In this document: positions 26,051 through 38,348 of the stretch, one piece after another
How the letters are laid out: each line of letters starts with the position of its first letter
Numbering within the stretch: position 1 is the stretch's first letter
Assembly (NCBI GenBank): GCA_951406725.2
Contig: OX597815.1
Span: 121,768,001 to 121,832,000, forward strand
Length of the DNA stretch: 64,000 nt
Source: Octopus vulgaris
Taxonomy: Eukaryota
Reading direction: 5' to 3'
The notes under the pieces: model-generated
The model's database searches: none
Told to the model about the DNA's origin: nothing
What the model saw: only the letters and a program-made list of their open reading frames with translations
Program-made: the position numbers and the translations under genes

Positions 26051-26268
26051 ACTTATGTGTGTTTTTCTGTGTTTATGTTTGTTCTCCCACAACATAGACA
26101 ACTAATGTTGGTTTGTTTACATTTCTGTAACTTAGAAGTTTGGCAAAAGCAACCAATATAATAAGTACCCGGCTTAAAAAAACAAAATATACGGGGGTCA
26201 ATTTTTTCTAAACCCTTCGAGACAGTGCCACAGTATGACCGGCCTAATGACTAAAACAAGTAAAAAAG

Positions 26269-26270
<2 letters not shown>
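25855..26270 (+). mobile_element. OR-type SINE
   Basis: Colinear with 17459-17835, including central (TG)(TA) tract. Confidence 0.8.
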
Positions 26271-26303
<33 letters not shown>

Positions 26304-27917
26304 ATAATTATAAATTTTAATTAAAATTTTATTATTTAAAATTTTACTTATAACTTCCTAAAAAGTTATCATTGGAAGTAAAATATTTTTGTAAAATTAA
26401 AACTATCTCTGCATCTATATTTCAATATTTTGTCTTGATTTTATATGTGAAAACATTGCTGGTTTAACTGTTTCCATAATTAACTGGAAAATTATAAAAA
26501 AAAAAAATCAACTGACTTCTACACCAAAATAAATATCAACGCCACTGAAGTGAAGCAATGTATAAAATGCTTGTTCATTTACATTCAAAATCTAATCTCC
26601 TGAATGTTTGAAGCATAAAAATATTATTTAATCGATTAATGACTAAAATCAGTGTTTCTCAACCATTCATTCCTATCTTACATAGGGGAGGGACTCTCAT
26701 AACTATTCAATATCTAAAAACTCCTCTCATATTTTAATGATTAAACATTATAAGGAAAATTTTAGCAACAAAGTCTTATATGGACCACCAAGAGCTATAT
26801 GGAGCCCAGTTGAAAATATATTTTTCACCAGTTAAAAGTTGATAAACCTTTAATATTCATTTGAAATTGTTGCACTTTTAGTATCAACTTGTAAATACTT
26901 TGTAATTCATATGCATATATACTATGTGAGTGTACATGTGTTTGTGTACATACACACATGCATATAACCAATACACACACACACGTGTGTATATATGTAT
27001 AACCGCACCAAGGGCAAAACAGAGTAAACTCAACTTTTGATAGAAATTACACATACATATGCATGGAGATTATATAGACGGGGGAAGGGGGGGGAAACGT
27101 AGGTATACATAAGCATAACACCAAAGTTATAATACTTAATTTATTAAAATTATTAGCACATTATATTAGTAATATGCTAATAATTTTCGATAATTTCAGT
27201 ATCATTAATCATAATACATTTATCATAACTACAATAAAACTTTTATTGTAACTTAATTTTTTTTTGATAAAAATAAAGGAGTATTGTACACGTTTTCTTT
27301 TTTCATAACTGTATACCTACTTTTGCATCATCCTGTGTGTATATATATATATGTATATATATATATATACACATACACACACACACATACATACAGAGAG
27401 AGTCTGCTGACCTGTCCACAAGGCTGTGATTTTTTTGGGATATGAAACCTTTGGTAACTCTATGACCAGAATTTAACTTTGTGTTTCAATAATTACTGCT
27501 CTATTCTTTAGAGTGTGCCTTTTTTCTGATATATGTTTCATTGACTATGTGTATATCCAGTCATAGAGTGACCAATGGTTTCACATACATAAAGCACTTA
27601 GTTCCATAGAGACAACTCATCAGACCCCAATGGCCATGAGTACACAACCTCTCTTTTCTGTCTCCAGTTTGAAGAGAGGTTATATGCCTGCAGCCATTGG
27701 AGTCTGATGTGCCATTTATAAAGCTTAAGCACTTTATGGATGCAAAACCATTGGTCACTATATGACCGGACATATATTTAACTTCATGTAAATATATTAC
27801 TGCTCTAACTTTTAGAGTGTGCTTCTTTTTCGGATATATGATCCGCTGTGATGCAATACATGGATGCATAGAATCATCTGGCTATCACAAAAAGCATTTG
27901 TAATGGACCCAGCTATT

Positions 27918-28330
27918 ATAGGAGTGGCTGTGTGCTAAGTAGTTTGCTTACCAACCATATGGTTCTGGGTTCAGTCCCACTGCATGGCACCTTGGGCAAG
28001 TGTCTTCTGCTACAGCCTCAGGCCAACCAAAGCATTGTGAATGGATTTGGTAGAAAGAAACTGAAAGAAGCCCATCGTGTATGTATATATATATATAGAT
28101 AGATATAGATATATAGATAGATGGATAGATACATTTGTGTCCGTTTGCCCCCCTCCCATCATCATTTGACAACCAACCGGTGTTGGTGTGTTTACATCCC
28201 TGCAAAAGAGACTGACAGAATAAGTACTAGGCTTGTAAAGAAAAAGTCCTAGGGTCGATTTGTTCAACTAAAGGTGATGCTCCAGCATGGCTGCAGTCAA
28301 ATGACTGAAACAAATAAAGGAATAAAAGAA
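27918..28330 (+). mobile_element. OR-type SINE
   Basis: Close match to 17459-17835. Confidence 0.85.
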
Positions 28331-28458
28331 TAATCCAATATGGAGGAGTATAATGTAGAGTTCTATGCAGCTGATATCCAAGAGACCCACTCAATGAAAT
28401 TATTTCATGAGGAATACATAAAACGTCAGAAACCCGAGAGATGAATGTATTAATTTAA

Positions 28459-28622
28459 TCACTTAATATCCTCAGGATTATGGCCATTTCAGTCTTCATC
28501 GTGTAATCATTTCAGTGTATAATAAAAACTATTTTACATGTTGGCACTAATATGCATGCTATGCATTGTACAATACAGTTGTACATTTATGAAATGGTTG
28601 TAATCCTAAGGATATCAAATGG
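28459..28622. mobile_element. Short TTAA-flanked MITE with about 35 bp TIRs
   Basis: tcacttaatatcctcaggattatggccatttca vs reverse complement ccatttgatatccttaggattacaaccatttca. Confidence 0.65.
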
Positions 28623-28947
28623 TTAAATAAATATATTCAACTATGTCCGGTAAGTTCGGTGTCATCAATTCACTGTTGTTTTTTACCTCCCAATAAAATA
28701 GTTTTTAACTAGTAATGGTGAGATACTATTGATATATTTTCTCGGTAAACTTTCCTCATGGTGAATTGATGGTGGTGAACTCTCCTGCAATGAATTGATA
28801 GTGGTGAATTTATAATCAGATTCACCTCTCACACCTCCTGACTTTTTAAGGTTTAGTCCTTGATAGCATAGTGGTAAGTATCCCTGACTATCATGTAAGA
28901 GGTACAATGGGTATAATTTCCCTTCAAAGGCGGCTCATTATTTGTAG

Positions 28948-29350
28948 GAGTAGGTATGGTTGTGTGATTAAGAAGCTCACTTTGAAACCGCACGGTTTGG
29001 GTCCAGTCCTACTGTGCAGCACCTTGGACAAGTGGCTTCAAATATAACCCCAGGGTGACAAATGTATTGTGAGTGAATTTGGTAGATGGAAACTGTGTGG
29101 AAGCCTGTTGTGTGTGTGTGTGTGTGTATTTATGTGGATGGGTGCACCCTTGTTTGCCCTACATCCACTGCTTGACAACGGATGGTTTGTTTACAACCCC
29201 ATAACTTAGCAGTTTACCAAAGAGACTGAAACAATAAGTTCCAGACTTAATAAAAAAAAATAGGTACTGGGGCTAATTTATTCGACTAACATTCTTCACA
29301 GTAGTGCCCCAGCATGGCCACAGTTCAACGAGTGAAACAAGTAAAAGAAT
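28948..29350 (+). mobile_element. OR-type SINE
   Basis: Colinear with 17459-17835. Confidence 0.8.
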
Positions 29351-29357
29351 ATATAAA

Positions 29358-29410
<53 letters not shown>

Positions 29411-29833
29411 CTACATATGTGTATATAGACACATGTTTAAATACAAGTATAGGTGTATGAAAACAAACACGCTGAAACATATATATCATTACAGTAGCTG
29501 AAGTATTGCAAATAGAAATAAGTATGACTAGAAGACAACTACAACCCAGGAACCCAGCAAGATTAACACCCAACACACACACACTTAAAAATAATAAATA
29601 ATCATCTATTATATCAAAAGAGTCAAGACAACTTACAGACGTTTCGAAACATCAATAATTCTCTCATTTTATAAACTACACAATTTCTACAGTGATTGAT
29701 TAATGATAGAAATTATTTAGCTCCTAACTAAAGAAAAAAAAACTGTCTTTTTCAGTTCAGTTAATTTGATGTAGATGAATATTGATTTGTTACTAAGGCA
29801 AAACACACAAATTAATAGCAAAGGTGGAGGTGC

Positions 29834-29834
<1 letters not shown>

Positions 29835-29887
<53 letters not shown>
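29835..29887. repeat. (TA)n microsatellite
   Basis: Pure TA run. Confidence 0.95.
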
Positions 29888-29889
<2 letters not shown>

Positions 29890-30559
29890 TATAACGTATA
29901 CATATATATATGTATCATATAATGTATACAAGATGGATATCTATTTTCTTAAAAACTTTTTACAAAAATTCCCAGTATAAAATTTCCATCAAAAACTAAT
30001 AATAGAAATATCACAATGAAGAACAATTAGCTTGCTGAATTTTTCTTTTCCTTTTTTTTTCTCTTCTTTGTAATTTTCTGTAAATAATATATTATGTTTG
30101 TATGTGTTTTTTTTCTTTTGACTATATATTTATTTACTACAGTAGACCATGTTAATTAGGAAAACTAGTCACATAGTTAAACAACAACAGCAATATAAAC
30201 AAACAAATCGAACATCATTATACAGTTGCTATATAAATACAATATTGCCTCAATACAAAAAATTCAGCTTCCAAAAGCAGATGAAAATCAAAGTATTACA
30301 GCCATGCGTGATGATCAAAGGTTACAAAGAAAGATTTGAACAACAGTGCAAGGCAAATAGATAAAGCAAACAAAAACAAAACAAAATAAAAATGGATAAT
30401 AAAAAAAATTTCAAATAAATAAGGATAAAATCATGCTAAATGCCAGGAAAAGAAAATATTGTCATTCCAACTTAAAGTAGAGAGACAGGAATAGAATCCT
30501 TTAGTTAAGACATTAAGACCTCGTTTGTGTATAAGGAGGATGCAGAGGAAGTAAAAAAA

Positions 30560-31775
30560 TCCTTTTTATTAAAGGCACAAGGACTGAAATTTCGGGGGTG
30601 GAGGGGGCCACTAGTCAATTACATCGCACCCAGATTTAAGCTGGTACTTATTTTATTGACCTCAAAAGAATAAGTTGACCTCAGTGGAAATACCACTAAG
30701 TATTTTGTCCCGCGTGCTAACAATTCTGCCAGCTTGCCACCAATAATAACAAGGCCTGAAATTTGGTGGGAGTGGGAGGGGGGCAGTCAATTAGATTGAC
30801 CCCAGTACACAAATGGTACTTAATTTATCGACCCCAAAGGAATGAAAGGAAAACTTGACCTTAGTGGAATTTGAACTCAGAATGTAGTGACAGGTTGAAA
30901 TACCTGCGAAGCATTTCATCTAGTGTGATAGCAATTCTGGCAGCTCGCGGCCTTTCTGCCAACAATGATGGTGATTTCAAATTTTGGCACAAGGCCAGCA
31001 ATTAAGTGGAGCGGGAAAGTCAATTGCATCAACCCCAGTATTCAACTGGTACTTATTTTATCAACCTTGAAAGGATGAAAGGCAAAGTTGACTTCAACAG
31101 AATTTGAACAAAATGCCACTAAGCACTTCACCCAGCAGGCTAAGGATTCAGCCCACATGCCACCTTAATAATAACAATCCCTTCTACTAAAAGTACAAGG
31201 CCTGAAAGCTGGTGGGAGGGGGACAGCTGATTACATCGACCCCCAGTGTTCAACTGGGGTACTCATTTTATCAAAACCAAAAGAATGAAAGGAAAAGTCG
31301 ACCTTGACAATTATAATAACAATCCTTTCTGGTGAAGGCACAAGGCCTGAAATTTGTGGGGAGGGGACTAGTCAATGACACTGACCCCAGTGTTTCACTG
31401 GTACTTAATTTACTGACCCCCAAAAGAATGAAAGGTAAAGTCAACCTTGGCAGAATTTGAACTCAGAACACGAAGACAGACAAAATGCCGCTAAGCAATT
31501 TTGCCCACTGAGCTAACGATTCTGACAGCTTGCTACCTTAATAATAATAATAATGATGATGATAATTTCAAATTTTTGCCACAAGGGCAGCTTGGGGGAG
31601 GGGATTAAGTCAATTACATCGACCCCAGTGCATAACTGGTACTTATGTAATTGACCTCAAAAGGATGAAAGGTAAAGGTGACCTCAGTGGAATTTGAACT
31701 CAGGACATAAAGACGGATCAAATATCACTAAGCATTTTGTCCAGCATACTAGCAATTCTGAAAGTTCACCAGCTT
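30560..31775 (-). repeat. Head-to-tail array of about 6 copies of the same SINE family
   Basis: Reverse complement of the same unit, separated by aataataa tails. Confidence 0.88.
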
Positions 31776-32399
31776 AAAAACTGCTTTATTGGGGATAGCA
31801 AGGATTTAGAGATTGGTCCCTGGATGTTAATTATTGTAGAAGATGCCTGTGAGACCCTTGACAATAAGCTATTATCTGCTCTTACAGAATTAACCAGAGC
31901 AAGTGAAATTGAGAGCTCTGAAAAGTGAAATGAAAATGATAAAGAATAAAAAGAAGATATACTGTGTTGGTTTCAGCCAAGTGCAGGGTGGTCATGCAGA
32001 GAGAGAAGGAGACACAAAGCTTGTGATTTAATCCCAATAACTAACTGCTACTTATCTTAGTGATAAATGAAAGATGAAAACAAACTATCAGCAGGATTTA
32101 AATGCAGAAACATGAATGGACAAACCAGATAAAGTATCTAATCTATTTTACAACTCACTACACAAGTCCATTATTCTATTGATGGAAAATGAAATAAAAA
32201 ACAGGCTCAAAATAAATGAATCCTATACAAGGAGGGATATCAAAAGAAAGCTCGACTAAATTGTACTCTCAGTTTATATAATTTTCTACAATTATTCATA
32301 TAAATCAAGTATTGCTTGTATCAGTTCCATGCATATATATATATAATCACCTTGTTTCTTTTTATTCTCAAGTTAGACCAAGTTTATCAATATCATGAT

Positions 32400-32760
32400 C
32401 ATCATTTTAATGCCCATTTTTCCATGCATGCATGGGTCAGACAGAGTTTATTGAAGTAGATTTTCTATAACTAGATGCTTTTCCTGTTGTCAACCTTCAC
32501 TTCTTTCTAAGCAGAATACTGAAAATGAATGATACTGCTTGGATGACAGTGACACTCATTTAAACTACCATGTGATGTCAGGACGGACACACACACTCAG
32601 GATGAGCTTGTTTCAGTTGCCAATCCCCGCAATCCACTCTCAAGGCTTTGGTTGGCCTTGGGCTATAGAATACACCTGCCTAAAGTGCTATGCAGTGTGA
32701 CTGAACTCAAAACCATGTGGCTGGAAAGTCAACTTCTTAACCACACAGCCCTGCCTGCAC
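32400..32760 (-). mobile_element. SINE with OR-type head and RTE-type 3' tail
   Basis: Head matches 17459-17600 in reverse; tail ttttccatgcatgcatgggt...gatgct matches the RTE end. Similar copy at about 48885-49267. Confidence 0.7.
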
Positions 32761-34419
32761 CTTACTCAAATCAAATATCATCAACTTATTCTTTGTAGTT
32801 CATGCGGTAATGGTGGAACCCAATCCTTACAATCAAACCAATGAAAACATAGTTACTAATCGGTTTTCCATATTTACTGACACCATATGTCAGTCACATC
32901 TCTCAACAGAAGTGTCACTGTTTATTAGTGATAGAGTGAATTTGAATTCAGACAACATAAAGTCAGAACACATCACAACATGGCATCCTGGCCAATGTTC
33001 TAACACTTCTGCCCATCCCACACTCTAGATTAATATTTTCTTTTATTAAGCCACTAAAATGATGACAAGCAAAATTGTCCTTAGCAGGATTTGAACAACA
33101 AGTGTAAAGAGTCAAAACAAACACCCCATGGTATTCTGTCCAGAACTCTAACAGATCTATCAAGTCAGCATTAATTGCAACAAATCCAATCATTAATTGC
33201 TGATATTTATTCATCCAATTAGTAATAATGCAACTTGTTCTCATTATATCTTGAGTAGCTTCATAACACGTGCAGATAACTCTTGATCTGCACACTTTAC
33301 AAGTATTTAAACCTGTTTGCGTAATATAGACTATGATCAGTCGGTTAGAAAATTAATGCTAAAAGTAATGAGTAAGAGGAGATATAATTAATGTGTGTGT
33401 AATGATACGTGAAATCCATAGTAAAATAGATATTTATATCACCACACAAAAGAGAAATTGTTTCAAATTGTAGTAGTGAAAGATAGAGGTAACAAAAGGG
33501 ATCTGAAACGTTTACAAGGGAGTAATCATTAGTGTCACTCACAAGTGAATGTGATGTGGTAGGGTAGCATCTACCATGTGTTCATCAGTTGATTTAGGTA
33601 CCCCAAAAGTTGCAAACTGACACAGATACACTGTTGTTGTCTCCCTTACCAACCCAGTAGAACATCCAGGATGTGACAACTGAATGGAGAGAGAGAGATA
33701 TATATATACTGACACTTGGTTGGTATCCATTTCAGCTTAGTGGACTGGAACATGAAATGAAGATCTTCCTCAAAGACCTGATGCACCATCCTGTCCAGGA
33801 GCCAAACCCACAATTTTATGATTATGAACCCAATAATCTAACCATTACAACATAGGCATTCACAGAAAAGTAAATACAATTTACTATATGCAGATCAAAT
33901 TTTTTGAAGCTATGAAAGTCTAGAATGAAGGCAGGAGGAGAATTAAATTACTGAGTACTATTAGAGATGCACTGAGAATGGGTCACATAATCACTAATTG
34001 AGTGAATATCAAGAATTAGTGATTAAACTGGTTGTAATTAATGTGAATAAGTACAACAGATGAGAGTAATCAGAATAAGCTAGAGAATAAGAGACAAGGT
34101 TATATTCATATAACACGTCATCTATGATAGCATTAGCAATAAGTATGAAGAGAAGAATAAAAAAATTAAGGATACTGACAGGGTCAGAACACAATCTTCA
34201 GTTGGTTAAAAAAATATTTTTAACTAGGACTGGTTTAAAAAGAAATATCAGTTTTTCCTTAGTAATTGCTAAACAAAATCCATTCAAACAACATCAAGGG
34301 AAAGGAAAATCTCTTTTGTTGCATATTATTTAGAAAATACAAGTGTGAAAGTATCATGTGATATAGAAAGTTCTGTCTAATTTTCAATCTTTATTTAATA
34401 ACACAAAGATGATATTTAA

Positions 34420-34637
34420 CCCATTAACATTTAAACCAGTCATATTAGGCCCAAATATTTCCCCATTTTTATCTTCAAACTGGCCAGATCTGGCCTCACA
34501 CTTCTACCCTACAATGTCATTCTAAAAATAAACAATTGCAACATTGAAATTTTTATGCTACAAGATAATGCACAATTAATTCCATGACAACATAAATAGC
34601 TAACCATATTTGATAGAGGAATCTAAATGCTAAAGAG
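34420..34637. mobile_element. piggyBac-type MITE, family 1
   Basis: TTAA flanks, internal sequence matches 8404-8641. Confidence 0.8.
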
Positions 34638-34699
34638 TTAAAACAGAAAATTTAATCATTTATATAATTTTGTCATTTTCTGTAACCTATCTCCATTTA

Positions 34700-35700
34700 T
34701 TTGTAAGTTTGCCTGATTTCAAGAAGTTCCTCCAGTTTTTAGTTTAAAAAAACTTTAATTCATTTTCTATGTCTTCCTTCCTGCTGCCCACACTTTTCCT
34801 ACTTTTAAAGTTGAAGTTTGATGGAGCAAAGTCTGGAAAATGTGGAAGGTATAGCAGTTTTACTCATCCAAATGATTCCAGAACATTCTAAGTGACATGT
34901 TGTGTGAGGTCAAGCATTATCTTAATGAACACCCCTGTAATTTATTACAGCAAGACACTTTTTTACTCAAAGAAGTCTTCAAGTGGTGAAGCTGCTGAAA
35001 ATAGATTCCAGATGTGGTCGTTTGATTTTACCTTAAAAACTCATAATTCCTACTATATGCCACCAAACAGAATTTTCCTTGGGTGAACTCCCCACAAATA
35101 GATATGGTACAGGTTTTTGATTTGGCATTAGGCAGTGTCTACGGTGCTTAATATTGTTGTGAAGAATCCATTTCTCATCTCAATGGATGTTAAATGATGA
35201 TCATCATCATGAGTTATGATCCTATTTAAAAATGGTGCTTGCCGGTTATGCATATCGAATGATGGTTCACAGCAGTAAAGTTTTTGCTGATGATTTGCTG
35301 CTGTCAGAGAATACAAAAACCTACTCTTCCACACTTTGAAACTTTCCCTAGTGTCTTCAAATGATTATTGAATGTTCATAATGCTAACAATAAGTTCAAT
35401 GAAAAGTTCTCTTACTATCACAGTGAATGTCACTGCAAATATTGCCTCCAGTATTTTATAATCCAATTTGGAAGGATGGCCTGACCTAGGATTATCAAGC
35501 AAATTGAAATTGCCACATCTGAATTTTTCAATCAACCTTCTGCAAATTCATTCACAGCATCTTGACCATAACATTTTTGGTTGTTTTGCTTGCGTTAGAA
35601 CAATAAAGATTGTAAAACATAATGCAACAAATATGTTCTTTGCATGATTCCTTAATGGATTCATAAAAAACTAATATATGAAAATATTGTTGTTGCTATA
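34700..35700 (-). mobile_element. Highly decayed mariner relic
   Basis: Minus-strand FPDFAPSNF (YSPDLAPSDF-like), DNA-PH-like and FLNRIIT motifs. Boundaries approximate. Confidence 0.6.
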
Positions 35701-35911
35701 TAGTGACTCTTCATGAAAAGCTTATGCATCAGTATTTATGGCTTTTTGGGGAGTGAAAAAAAATAGTTTCAATAGGTTCAAACTCCTAATCAGACAGAAC
35801 TTTCTACACAACCTGATATTACAATAAGGTTTCATGCAAACCATGCAGAAAAAAAAACATTTCAAAATAGCTAATGTTAACAGCAATGAATTTAGACAAG
35901 TTATCTTGCAT

Positions 35912-35950
35912 TTAATAAAAGGAATTGGAAACAATGGCATTCATGACTTT
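35912..35950 (-). CDS. MYLK: Candidate alternative MLCK terminal exon (KVMNAIVSNSFY-stop)
   Basis: Phase-0 AAG acceptor with weak pyrimidine tract. The K-x-x-x-A-I register matches KNGTAI and KTGNAI. Confidence 0.4.
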   Translation of the reverse strand, partial: KVMNAIVSNSFY

Positions 35951-36326
35951 CTTCAGAGTTTTAGGTGATTAATGTAAATGAAAGGTTCTAGATGGGAAAC
36001 TAAAATCAAGCTGAGACATGAGAAGGACCTAGCATTTCACTTATATACCAGTTGTAGTAAAAGCAGTTTAAGGACACCAATGTAAGGACCCTAATGATTT
36101 CTCGTTTCCTAGGGTGATAATAGCTGAGGGTGACAAACTAAGAATCTTAACAAATGGGTAGAGGGAAAAATGAGGAAAACAATTACACAGACACCTGCTT
36201 ATTTATAAAATAAAAAGGAAGCAGAGTTAAAAGTTGGAATTAAATAGCCACCAGAATTTTATAGAAAATGAAGTTGTAGGTAAGAGGTAAAAGCAGTAGT
36301 TTATAGAGAATCCTTGGTTGTAATAC

Positions 36327-36476
36327 CTTCCATGTAACCTGTTCATTGTTGTGTCTATTAACAGATGGTTGTTGGTTGAATTGACGAGGTTTCTGATCTT
36401 GGTGAGTGTGCCCCCCATTCATATAGTTTGTTCTTGAGGGTCTTCCTCCAGCTGATTGGAAAGAAGCAGCTGGTGC
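36327..36476 (-). CDS. MYLK: Candidate alternative MLCK exon inside the calmodulin-helix intron
   Basis: ctataaaag acceptor, AAG|gtatta donor, 150 nt, phase 0-0, non-repetitive sequence. APAASFQSAGGRPSRTNYMNGGHTHQDQKPRQFNQQPSVNRHNNEQVTWK. Confidence 0.5.
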
Positions 36477-38221
36477 CTTTTATAGATGTAGTAGATAAAT
36501 GGAACACAAATATAATTTCTTTTCTTTTTTTTTTTTAATAATGAAATTTTTTCCAATGAAAAGAAAAATATAACTTAACTTGAAAAATCTGAACTGTGAA
36601 AAAAACAAATCTTACCAATATGGTACAATCATTCAACAAATTTTCAGGAATTAATCATTTTGGAAAGGACAATTAGTAAGTAGCAGGTACTTTGGAGGAT
36701 GAGAAGAAATAAATTAAAAATTGAGATTTTTCAAATATTTTGTTTGAAAACAAAAGTGTAAAAAAAAAAAGGTGAATGAAGATGAACTTGAAAATTACAC
36801 AAGGAATAACACTATGCTAACAAATTTCAAAGGTTTGAAATTGTTATTTAAAATCTAATATTTAAAATTTACTTTTGCATTTAGACAGTCAGACATAGAT
36901 ACACAGATAAGATGAATTGGTAGAGTTATTGCAGCATGCACTAAAATGCATTGCTATATATGTTTTGGCTCTCTGCTTTCTTAGTTCAAATTCCACCAAG
37001 GCCAGTTTTGTCTTTTATTCTTTTGATATCAACAAATAATGTACCAGTGGAAGGGAGCATTGGTGCATCCCTCTCTCCAACCAGCAGTCACATCCTGAAT
37101 GTTACACTAGATTAAGGACCAACGGTATTTGTGTTTGCTTGCAACTACATTGGGTGCCTAAAACCATTAGTTGAAGTATGGTACATACCAATACCAAGTT
37201 ACACTAGACTGTGAGAAATGGTTACAAATATACATACAAACATACACACGTCTATATCTACACATGCACACACACACATAGTTGTGTGAGTATGATTTGT
37301 AACTAAAATCCAAACCATCTGCCACTGCCACATCTAATTCCCCCAAGTGCTTCCACAAATGACGCCGTTATTTTGTTTTCAAAAAATAGTTGGCAGGATC
37401 ATGTTGCAGAAGAAGTTATGAAAAATACAAACCTACCAAGCGCAAAGTGTATTCACCTCAAATGCAACTGCATTGGACTGGAGCCAATGATGACACTTTT
37501 TTTGCAATCATCCACTCTGCTAAAATAGTAGCTAAATCTATCAAATTACACCTTACAGTCTCAAGAAACGAAGAACATATTGGACAATGTAGTCAGGCAT
37601 ACACTATGCCTTAGAAAAAGAAATGGATGGTAAATGTTTGAATGTATTTGATCAAGGATTAACTTAGTCAGGGCTGAGTTAGGGTTGTGCAATATTATAA
37701 ACTGAATAGGGCTGAATGAAAAATATGTTCCCAGAACAGCTTGGTCTCATGAAATAAGTATAGTGAGCAAGCCTAGGGTGTACAGAAATATCAATGAACT
37801 CAGGTGATATTCCTCACTGACAGTTATCAACAGAGATTGTCACATCTAATGTTAAAAAGAGCTACAAGTAACATGTTCAAGATGTCACCCAGCCGCCCTT
37901 CAAAAATACAAGGTGGAATGAAACAGCAATTTGAGAAGGTAAAGGACTTGTGGCAAGCCAAAGAGAGCATCAGATTCACCCTGCATAAAAAACAGCAGGA
38001 GATGCACCTCCTATATTTTCCCCTTTAGCTGTAAGAGAGCATGTTGAGATTAACTGGCCATAATGTTATAGTCTTGCAAGGGAGTAACTCACTACTATTA
38101 ATATATTTAACTTTCATTTCTCTTTAGCACTTAATTGAAAATCTGTGGTTAGAATGATACAGATCTGACAAGTATGATATATTGTGGTAAGCTTTTTTTT
38201 ATTGAGAAAATTCTAACTCAC

Positions 38222-38348
38222 CTGCCATTTACGTCTAGCAATGAAGTTCTTTAGTTTGTCCGTACTGAGGCGTTTCATACACTGGTTGTCCACATGATCA
38301 AGAGCTAGCCATTCATGTTGAAGACACATATGAATAGTCATACGGTTT
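38222..38348 (-). CDS. MYLK: MLCK exon, kinase end plus autoinhibitory segment and first half of calmodulin-binding helix
   Basis: tttcag acceptor, CAG|gtgagt donor, 127 nt, phase 2-0. NRMTIHMCLQHEWL...LSTDKLKNFIARRKWQ. Confidence 0.93.

Noticed and set aside
29630-29680. Hammerhead ribozyme (minus-strand cgaaacgtc)
   Set aside because: No matching CUGANGA core or supporting stems found; ctgatgag at about 23697 likewise lacks GAAA.
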